Positions 41,301 to 51,818 of a stretch of DNA of 52,392 nucleotides are shown here, in pieces. Location: NCBI GenBank assembly GCA_964555805.1, contig CAZKTX010000002.1:1-52392 (forward strand), read 5' to 3'. Under the pieces are notes generated by a model. The model was not told the DNA's origin. It did not search any database and saw nothing but the letters and a program-made list of their open reading frames with translations. Positions within the stretch are counted from its first letter, which is position 1; every line of letters begins with the position of its first letter. The translations under genes and the position numbers were made by a program. The DNA comes from an uncultured Rikenellaceae bacterium (lineage in GTDB: Bacteria > Bacteroidota > Bacteroidia > Bacteroidales > VadinHA17).

Positions 41301-41350
41301 TACTTCTTATTCCGGCAATACTGATCCTGATCTATAGTAAATCCAGATAA
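38333..41350 (+). CDS. Exported, C-terminally membrane-anchored TPR-CHAT protein (caspase-fold protease)
   Basis: About 1005 aa with a signal peptide MFSGIFIKSLLLFFISAASFC|QENA and approx. 600 aa of TPR-like repeats. The C-terminal CHAT domain has an intact His/Cys dyad (IIHLAMHT ... MVILSSCNTGSG). A terminal TM follows (ISAGLLILLIPAILILIYSKSR). The ATG at 38333 directly follows the track's TTG at 38330. Confidence 0.85.
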   Translation: MFSGIFIKSLLLFFISAASFCQENAISDSGNELAGLNEAFHATIAAGDTAGSRDLLYSILKILREERFDNITVSNSQYYIGVYYLLNGRNKEAVSWLGSSVSLREKMKTVDDVYAKSLFNLALAHSRRGDFRKMEESILQSIDAEKTLHGENSPELLDGYSALTGACISLKDYSRAIEFGNMALDLIGVNKTEHIKEMAILNVNIGISHAFLSDYAKAVMFLERAESLYRSNPIPKDENYINLLNSLASNYHFLGQSEKSERYFNKGISMINYANSDLSLNFLNSFAINMGNAGEAYRGEKLLAVSLAKAGKVFGQSSREYCEVLKNYAEYLRNFKLDIGRSIVLFEQCLELIKVNSEDSALKESVLLGYALALSEKGENEKALGIISDLLFSGKDGTDSGSGLKSPGPGLLVPDQWSLKLLQARYRILHGIYGEKADMSYLLAAAETSELIVSLIEKVRISISEEESRLVLGDRFRDSYLHAIRDLDLCYSKTGDISYLKKAFEYSEKSKVAGLLTSTRELRATEFHIPEETAELERGLKMEIGYYEARISEEETKKESDDSLIEEWKELLLSATQKRDSLIAVFEQMYPGYYLIKYNTEVISPEQIPSISGRNTNYLNYIVSDSLLHIFVANRKYLRLVTINIDSSFFNNIREFRALLSEPDNNARSGFDRYLSTGYSLYATVLEPVKQYLISNRLLISPDNILSYIPFEALPVSTEAGSNAMFSEIQYLLKDYSVSYTYSATMLAESVGNDQSFSNSAVAFAPSYNGRIDVDSLMKARQSGVSSLYDLKFARAEAEYVAELTGGRLYLDNNARESVFKTVAAEYDIIHLAMHTLLNDKDPMHSKMIFSQGNDSPEDGNLNTWEVYGIPLKAKMVILSSCNTGSGSLHSGEGILSLARGFVYSGSRSVVMSMWEIEDRSGAEIVNKYYRNIRHGVSKSNALRKARIDYLRNSDMLRSHPYFWSSLVIYGNNTPIYYSLWLKISAGLLILLIPAILILIYSKSR

Positions 41351-41892
41351 TCCTTGTATTCAGGGTCGGATTTAATAAGCTCCATAAGAGCTTCTTTACT
41401 CATATATTTTTTTCTCCTGGCATATGATTCACTCTTGAAATTCATTAAGGAGGCGATTTCCGGGTATGATAATCCTTCTGAAAACAGCGTCAGGATTTTC
41501 TGTGCATCATTGCTCAGCTTTCTGAAAGCCCGGCTAACTATAGTCTCAAGAACCAGATTCGGATCATCACCTTCTTCATTATCAGGGAAGTCACCGTCAA
41601 TACCAGTGTTTCTCATCTTCTTCCTCAGCTGTACCTTCCAGACATTCCTTGCAATACCGAAGAAATAACCTTTCAGATCGGTCGTGAGGCTGAAACCATC
41701 TGCTGTGACCTGACGATAAAGCGTTATGATGGATTCCTGGAAAACATCAGGGATATCTGATTCTGATCCGCTGTTTTTTAATACATGATACCTTACAGTC
41801 TCAAGATAATTATCATAGAGCCAGTTCAGTATCTGATCATCCTGTCGCCGGATTCCATCAATTATTGCACTATCTGAGATTTTTCGGAACAA
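41332..41892 (-). CDS. Sigma-70 family (ECF-like) RNA polymerase sigma factor
   Basis: The region 2 pattern is DVFQESIITLYR...GYFFGIARNVW and the region 4 HTH is LSYPEIASLMNFKSESYARRKKYMSKEAL. There is no in-frame ATG near the N-terminus, so the candidate starts are TTG at 41892 (MFRKISDSAIIDGIRR) or TTG at 41931 as in the track. Confidence 0.75.
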   Translation of the reverse strand: MFRKISDSAIIDGIRRQDDQILNWLYDNYLETVRYHVLKNSGSESDIPDVFQESIITLYRQVTADGFSLTTDLKGYFFGIARNVWKVQLRKKMRNTGIDGDFPDNEEGDDPNLVLETIVSRAFRKLSNDAQKILTLFSEGLSYPEIASLMNFKSESYARRKKYMSKEALMELIKSDPEYKDYLDLL

Positions 41893-41920
41893 TTGCTGAT
41901 TTTTCGCCTGGATAAATTGA

Positions 41921-41928
41921 CAAATATA
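41921..41928 (-). promoter_or_regulatory. Candidate -7 box (TATATTTG) for the sigma-factor gene
   Basis: The minus-strand sequence TATATTTG matches TAnnTTTG exactly and lies 28 nt upstream of the TTG at 41892. No TTTG -33 element occurs at the consensus spacing. If this box is real, the 41931 start would be non-coding. Confidence 0.35.
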
Positions 41929-42052
41929 CAATTTCCCGCGACCTGCAGTAGCGGACTGTCAGCGGGCAAACTCGCAAATTTACAATTTAAGGCATTTATG
42001 ATAAATAATAAATATATTTACTCCTCTCAAATAAACGCTCAGGCACCGAAAA

Positions 42053-44239
42053 ATGTTATTTCCCTTTGTAAAACAATATGATGCGATGGATTGTGGTCCG
42101 GCGTGCCTCAAGATGATTGCGGCATATCACGGGAAGAATTTCACAATCGATTACCTGCGAAAAAAGTGCTTCATCACAAAAGAGGGAGTATCATTCCTTG
42201 GATTGTCGGAAGCTGCAGATTCTGTAGGGTTCAGAACGATGGGGGTCAAAATACCTTTTGGAGTGCTTCAGGAAAAGATTGCTCTGCCATGTGTGGTTCA
42301 CTGGCGCCAGAAACACTTTGTTGTTGTTTACAGGATCAGAAAGGGGAAAATTTATATTGCTGACCCTGCGACCGGGCTTGTCACTTTAACGAAGGATGAA
42401 TTCGAAAGGAACTGGGCCAATACATTTGTCGACGGAAAACCTGCCGGCCTGGCGCTGACTGTTGAACCGACTCCCTCGCTCTATAACATCGATGATCAGA
42501 CGGAGAAGACAGGAGGCTTCAGGTTTCTTATGAAATACTTCAGACTGTACAGGAAGTATTTCGGTCAGCTTCTGCTGGGGCTTCTTATCGGCAGCTGTAT
42601 CCAGCTTATTTTCCCCTTCCTTACTCAGTCTATTATCGACATCGGAATCAACAATAACGACCTGGGATTTATTTATTTAATACTCTTTGCCCAACTGGCA
42701 CTCATAGTTGGCCGGATGTCGGTTGAGTTTATCCGCGGATGGCTGCTCCTTCACATCGGATCGAGAGTCAATGTCGCTGTTGTTTCAGGCTTCCTTAATA
42801 AGCTGATGTCACTTCCCGTTGCCTTTTTTGATACACGGCTGACGGGAGACATTATTCAGCGAATTGAAGACAACAACAGGATTGAAGATTTTCTTACATC
42901 AGCCAGTCTCAGTATATTGTTTTCCTTTATGAATCTTATAGTGTTCGCTATTGTGCTTGCTGCTTTCAGTCTGAAAATATTCCTGATTTTCCTGACGGGG
43001 ACATGTCTTTACATTTTGTGGGTTTCTCTTTTTCTTAAACCAAGGGCGAAGCTGGATGATATCCGTTTCAGGGAAATGTCAGTTTCAAGCTCGAAGCTTA
43101 TAAACATTATAAACGGGATGCAGGAGATAAAACTGACCCAAAGCGAGACAAGCAAGCGCTGGGACTGGGAGGGCCATCAGGCATCCCTGTTCGCACTTAA
43201 GGTCAAGGGTCTCGGGCTTATTCAATATCAGTCGGCAGGCGCCACACTAGTAAATGAAGTTATGAATATTTTCATAACAATATTTGCTGCTACTGCTGTC
43301 CTCAAGGGACAAATGACGCTGGGTATGATGCTTGCCGTTCAGTTTATTATAGGACAGCTCAATATTCCTGTAAACCAGATTATAGGCTTCTTTCGAATGT
43401 CGCAGGATGCAAGGATCAGTCTCAACCGTCTCGCCGAGGTGCATAATATGGAGGATGAGGAACCATCGCCCGTGGACAAGCTTCAGCGGATGCCGGATGA
43501 CAGGACAATCAGGATACATAATCTTTCGTTTCAGTATGAAGGGCCCCGTTCTCCCTATGCCCTGAAAGACATCAGTCTTGATATTGAGCCTGGCCGGACA
43601 ACAGCAATTGTAGGCACAAGCGGAAGCGGAAAGACAACTTTGCTGAAGATGCTTCTTGGGTTTTATCAACCTGTTGACGGGAATATAGCTGTTGGCGGAA
43701 CAAGTCTGTCAGACATCAGTTTACGGTTCTGGAGAAAAAATACAGGAGCTGTAATGCAGGACGGATTCCTCTTTCCCGACACAATAGCAGGCAATATAGC
43801 CCCGGGGGCTGAGGTAATTGACGAGGCCAGACTTCGTGATGCGGTTGAAACAGCCAATATAAGGGAATTCATTGAATCTCTGCCGCTGGGATACAACACG
43901 AAGATCGGTGCAAATGGTCATGGTCTCAGTCAGGGTCAGAAACAGAGGCTGCTGATAGCCAGAGTAGTTTACAAGGATCCCGAGATAGTCCTTTTCGACG
44001 AAGCCACCAACTCACTTGATGCAAATACTGAAAAAGCCATAGTTGAAAACCTTTCAGGTTTCTTCAGAAATAAAACGGTTATTATTGTCGCCCATCGTTT
44101 AAGCACGGTCAGGAATGCAGACAAAATAGTTGTTCTGGAAGGAGGCCGGATCATTGAAACAGGAAATCACCAGGAACTTGTCAAAAATATGGGTGCTTAT
44201 TTTAACCTTGTAAAAAACCAGCTGGAACTGGGGAATTGA
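42053..44239 (+). CDS. Peptidase-C39-domain ABC transporter (double-glycine leader processing and export)
   Basis: 728 aa. The N-terminal C39 domain has the catalytic Cys (YDAMDCGPACL), His (HWRQKHFVVVY) and Asp context (IADPA). It has a 6-TM ABC membrane domain, Walker A GTSGSGKTT, signature LSQGQKQR and Walker B IVLFDEAT. Confidence 0.95.
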   Translation: MLFPFVKQYDAMDCGPACLKMIAAYHGKNFTIDYLRKKCFITKEGVSFLGLSEAADSVGFRTMGVKIPFGVLQEKIALPCVVHWRQKHFVVVYRIRKGKIYIADPATGLVTLTKDEFERNWANTFVDGKPAGLALTVEPTPSLYNIDDQTEKTGGFRFLMKYFRLYRKYFGQLLLGLLIGSCIQLIFPFLTQSIIDIGINNNDLGFIYLILFAQLALIVGRMSVEFIRGWLLLHIGSRVNVAVVSGFLNKLMSLPVAFFDTRLTGDIIQRIEDNNRIEDFLTSASLSILFSFMNLIVFAIVLAAFSLKIFLIFLTGTCLYILWVSLFLKPRAKLDDIRFREMSVSSSKLINIINGMQEIKLTQSETSKRWDWEGHQASLFALKVKGLGLIQYQSAGATLVNEVMNIFITIFAATAVLKGQMTLGMMLAVQFIIGQLNIPVNQIIGFFRMSQDARISLNRLAEVHNMEDEEPSPVDKLQRMPDDRTIRIHNLSFQYEGPRSPYALKDISLDIEPGRTTAIVGTSGSGKTTLLKMLLGFYQPVDGNIAVGGTSLSDISLRFWRKNTGAVMQDGFLFPDTIAGNIAPGAEVIDEARLRDAVETANIREFIESLPLGYNTKIGANGHGLSQGQKQRLLIARVVYKDPEIVLFDEATNSLDANTEKAIVENLSGFFRNKTVIIVAHRLSTVRNADKIVVLEGGRIIETGNHQELVKNMGAYFNLVKNQLELGN

Positions 44240-44249
44240 GAAACAGATC

Positions 44250-45578
44250 ATGGAAGATCAAGAAAAGAATGAGATAGTATATTCAGAACCTGTCAGGGAT
44301 ATAATGGGAGCTGTGCCCGGAGGGATACTGAGATGGGGTACGGCAATTATTCTTGCTGTACTGGTTCTTTTTATTTTCTTCCTGTGGCTCGTGAAGTATC
44401 CCGACAGGGTTCCCGCACCAGTTGAAATAACTACAGTAAATCCGCCTGCCATACTTGTTTCAAAAATATCCGGAAGGATTAAGAATCTTTACGTGAATGA
44501 CAGGGATGAGGTTGCTGAGGATCAGCTCCTTGCAGTAATGGAAACTGCAGCTTCGATTGGAGAGATAAACCGTCTTAAATCAATTGTTGACACTGTAAGT
44601 GACCCGGGAGAGCTGCAGCTGAAATCACTCCCTGCTTTTACCGAACTGGGAGAACTGCAGAGTTACTGGAGTTCATTCCTCAAAAGCCTGTCTGATTACA
44701 ATAATTACAATGTCAACGACTTTTATGGGAATAAGATCCTTTCTCTTACTGATGAAATAAACGCTATCCTGGCTTATATCGGAAGGATCAGGGTTAAAGA
44801 GAATTTGTATTCAGAGAACCAGGTGATTGAGACAAGAAAGTTCAGAAGGGATTCGTTACTTTTTTCAGAAGGAGTCTACTCGGAAAGTGAGCTCGAGAAA
44901 TCACGGCAGGCTCTTATCCTGCTTAATATCGAACTTCAGCAGGTTCGGCTCGATCATTCCCAGAAATCAATAGAACTGGCTGAAAAAAGGCAATTGCTTC
45001 AGGACTACAGGATAAAGCGAATAGAGGATCATGAGAAGTACTATTCTGTTCTTAGTGAATCTTTTATGAATCTCAGGGCTCAGTTAAGGATATGGGAAAA
45101 TACATATTTGCTTATATCCCCTGTGTCGGGGACAGTAACGCTTACAAGGTTCTGGAGCGAAAATCAGACGGTTGAAAGGGATGAGCCTGTTTTGAGCGTT
45201 ATTCCCAGGGAAACCGGCGACTATATCGGCAGGATCAGCCTCAAAATGAACCGTTCCGGAAAGGTCAAACCAGGTCAGGATGTCCATATCAAATTAAGCG
45301 GGTATCCTTATCTGGAGTATGGGATGGTAAGGGGAGTTGTAAAATCCAGGTCGCTGGTTCCTTCTGCCGATTCATATATAATAGAGATATCCCTGCCTCA
45401 GGGCCTGACAACCCTGTATGGCAGGGATCTTGATTTTTCGCAAAACATGCAGGGTACCGCGGAAATTATAACTGAGGACCTTCGTTTGCTTGAGAAAATT
45501 CTTAATCCTGTCAGGCATCTTGTTTCCCGGAACCGGAGCCGGGATATTTCCCTGAATAAGGCTCATAGTCATCCCTGA
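44250..45578 (+). CDS. HlyD-family secretion adaptor protein
   Basis: 442 aa with an N-terminal TM (WGTAIILAVLVLFIFFLWLV), a lipoyl-like segment, a long coiled coil and a C-terminal beta-barrel. It starts 10 nt after the ABC gene. Confidence 0.85.
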   Translation: MEDQEKNEIVYSEPVRDIMGAVPGGILRWGTAIILAVLVLFIFFLWLVKYPDRVPAPVEITTVNPPAILVSKISGRIKNLYVNDRDEVAEDQLLAVMETAASIGEINRLKSIVDTVSDPGELQLKSLPAFTELGELQSYWSSFLKSLSDYNNYNVNDFYGNKILSLTDEINAILAYIGRIRVKENLYSENQVIETRKFRRDSLLFSEGVYSESELEKSRQALILLNIELQQVRLDHSQKSIELAEKRQLLQDYRIKRIEDHEKYYSVLSESFMNLRAQLRIWENTYLLISPVSGTVTLTRFWSENQTVERDEPVLSVIPRETGDYIGRISLKMNRSGKVKPGQDVHIKLSGYPYLEYGMVRGVVKSRSLVPSADSYIIEISLPQGLTTLYGRDLDFSQNMQGTAEIITEDLRLLEKILNPVRHLVSRNRSRDISLNKAHSHP

Positions 45579-45714
45579 CCGAATGCAACGAGCCGCTAGC
45601 AGCCGGTTTCTGAACAGACTGCTTCTCTTTTCCTTTTTTGTAATACTTTCGGTAGAGGCTTATACCAACTGCTGCAATAACCACAATTGCAAAGAATGCA
45701 TCATTGCTTTTCAT
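45511..45714 (-). CDS. Hypothetical 67-aa single-TM protein (weak call)
   Basis: MKSNDAFFAIVVIAAVGISLYRKYYKKGKEK... has one clear TM followed by a basic patch. It overlaps the 3' end of the HlyD gene convergently by 68 nt, and I recognise no family. Confidence 0.3.
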   Translation of the reverse strand: MKSNDAFFAIVVIAAVGISLYRKYYKKGKEKQSVQKPAASGSLHSVRDDYEPYSGKYPGSGSGKQDA

Positions 45715-46002
45715 CTTTTCCTGATTTGAAAATTCCGGATAATCCGATTTTACAATTACTGAATTCAAATATATCAATTTTTTAAGCAGACAATAATCAT
45801 GTTTTAAACATACTGCAAACACTTCCGCTAACCCTTAATATTTCATCAATTACTGCATTTGAGCTTTATCAGCGTCTATTTCTTATTTTTCCATAATAGT
45901 TTGAGTTTTAATAAATAATTCAATATTTTCGTAGTCTGAAAAAATCATGGGTCACCATGGTATGGAGTATTATTGAAGATATTGAACCTTAAAGGATTGG
46001 AT

Positions 46003-49676
<3,674 letters not shown>

Positions 49677-49708
49677 GTGTGGCGGAAGGATAATATTAAT
49701 ACAGTAGA

Positions 49709-51676
49709 ATGGACAGGAATACTATTACAGGACTGATTCTGATATTCGCAATTTTTATCGGATTCAGTGTTTATAACGGCAGCAGGATGAACAAAGCTTA
49801 CTCTTCGGTCATCGAAGTGGCTGATTCATTGTACGCTGCCGGTGATCTTGAAAATGCGAGGGCTGAATATATAAATGCGCTTCGCTTTAAGCCTAACCAG
49901 GCTGATGCGGTGGCAAAAGTCAATGAGATCAACCGACTTCTGGGTTTCGCCCCTGCAGCACAGACAGCTGATACAATACAAGCTGTTAATACGCCTTCAG
50001 GATCGCTTAACCCGGTTCCCGCTGCGTTTGTGCCCGATTCGGGCAGATATGGAGCTTTCGGAGCCGCTGTTTCAGGGAATAATGAGTTCATTACTCTTGA
50101 AAACAACAGGATTGAACTGAAAATTGCAACAAGGGGAGGAAAGGTCTACTCCGCCAGGGTTAAAGATTACACAACTCACGACTCGCTTCCGCTGATCCTC
50201 TTTTCGGGCGATTCAACAGTGTTTGGCTTCAATTTCTATACAGCCGACAACAAGGCGATTCAGACAAACGATCTGTTCTTTACACCGGTTGGAGGCGACA
50301 ATCATGTGACTGTAACAAATGGCTCCGGAAGTGTAGTACTAAGACTTCTTGCCGGCGATGATAAATATATAGAGTATAAATATACGTTAGAGCCCGACAG
50401 GTACATGGTTGATTTTGATGTCGCCTTCAAATCACTCGATGGAGTCGTTGCCCCGAACCTGAGCAGCATAACCCTCGACTGGCGGATGTATTTGCCTCAG
50501 CAGGAAAAAGGGAGGCAGAATGAGGAATATTACACTACAATCAAATACAAGTATTTCCAGGACGACGTTGAAGGCATCAGGCTCAGGCAGTCAAAAGATG
50601 TCGAGACCTCAGACCTTCCAACAAAACTTAGCTGGATAGCCTTCCAGGATCAGTTCTTCTCATCTGTTATTATAAGCAAGGATCACTTCCTGAACGGTAT
50701 GGTAGTCTCCACAAAAACACCGGCCGATCCAAAGCATATCAGGTATTATACCGCAGAGGTTGGAGTTCCTTACACTCCCGGAACCGATAATAATGTCGGA
50801 ATGAAACTTTATTATGGTCCGAACCACATTTCCACTCTGAAAAAAGAAGGACTCGAGCTTGACAAGCTCGTATTTCTAGGAAAGAATATAATCGGATGGA
50901 TCAACAGGTTTATGATAATTCCTGTCTTCAACTGGCTCGAAAAGTACATTGGCAGCTACGGATTGATCATACTGATCCTTACAATCCTGATCAAAATTGT
51001 TCTGTTTCCGCTTACATTCAAATCATATCAGTCCACAGCCAAGATGCAGGTTTTGAAGCCAATGGTTGAAGAGATCGGCAAGAAATTCCCGAAGCAGGAA
51101 GATGCAATGAAAAAACAGCAGGCCACGATGGACCTGTACAAGCGGGCAGGCATAAATCCAATGGGAGGGTGCCTTCCTATGCTTCTTCAGATGCCTATTC
51201 TGTTTGCAATGTTCAGGTTCTTCCCGGTTTCGATTGAACTGAGGCAGGAGGCCTTCCTTTGGGCGACCGACCTTTCAACTTATGATTCAATACTGAATCT
51301 GCCATTCAAGATACCTATTTATGGTGACCATGTCAGCCTCTTTACCCTGTTGATGACAGCGTCAACTCTTCTCACAATGAAAATGACAAGCGCATCGCCG
51401 GGTCAGGATCAGCCGGGAATGAAGATGATGATGTATATGATGCCGGTAATGTTCATGTTCATGTTGAATAATTTTAGCGCAGGTCTGACTTATTATTACT
51501 TCCTGGCCAACATACTTACATATTTGCAGAACATAATCTCCAAGAGATTCATTGATGAAAATAAGGTTCTGGCCACACTAGAGGAAAACAGGAAAAAGCC
51601 ATTAAAGAAATCAAAATGGCAGCAGCGGCTTGAGGAAGCAGCTAAACAAAGAGGAATACAGCCTCCGAGAAAATAG
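49709..51676 (+). CDS. yidC: Membrane protein insertase YidC (long Bacteroidota form)
   Basis: 655 aa with an N-terminal anchor, a large periplasmic P1 domain and a conserved C-terminal core (GLIILILTILIKIVLFPLT...NPMGGCLPMLLQMPILFAMF). Confidence 0.9.
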   Translation: MDRNTITGLILIFAIFIGFSVYNGSRMNKAYSSVIEVADSLYAAGDLENARAEYINALRFKPNQADAVAKVNEINRLLGFAPAAQTADTIQAVNTPSGSLNPVPAAFVPDSGRYGAFGAAVSGNNEFITLENNRIELKIATRGGKVYSARVKDYTTHDSLPLILFSGDSTVFGFNFYTADNKAIQTNDLFFTPVGGDNHVTVTNGSGSVVLRLLAGDDKYIEYKYTLEPDRYMVDFDVAFKSLDGVVAPNLSSITLDWRMYLPQQEKGRQNEEYYTTIKYKYFQDDVEGIRLRQSKDVETSDLPTKLSWIAFQDQFFSSVIISKDHFLNGMVVSTKTPADPKHIRYYTAEVGVPYTPGTDNNVGMKLYYGPNHISTLKKEGLELDKLVFLGKNIIGWINRFMIIPVFNWLEKYIGSYGLIILILTILIKIVLFPLTFKSYQSTAKMQVLKPMVEEIGKKFPKQEDAMKKQQATMDLYKRAGINPMGGCLPMLLQMPILFAMFRFFPVSIELRQEAFLWATDLSTYDSILNLPFKIPIYGDHVSLFTLLMTASTLLTMKMTSASPGQDQPGMKMMMYMMPVMFMFMLNNFSAGLTYYYFLANILTYLQNIISKRFIDENKVLATLEENRKKPLKKSKWQQRLEEAAKQRGIQPPRK

Positions 51677-51818
51677 ACGTTTGACTTTTTAGTTGCTGAA
51701 TATTCTTACTGTTTGAAATATTTAGTTATCGAGTTATCCCTATAAGTTAAAAATACTTAATACGTTTCCCTGATTTAAAAAAAGGTTCTAATTTAGAATC
51801 TCCAATTTTTAGGGGAAA

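Noticed and set aside
41893-42081. 62-aa plus-strand ORF spanning the sigma / ABC intergenic region
   Set aside because: It overlaps both the 5' end of the sigma gene and the start of the ABC gene, and it covers the promoter region. I examined it as a possible second precursor peptide, but it has no GG-leader motif or signal sequence.
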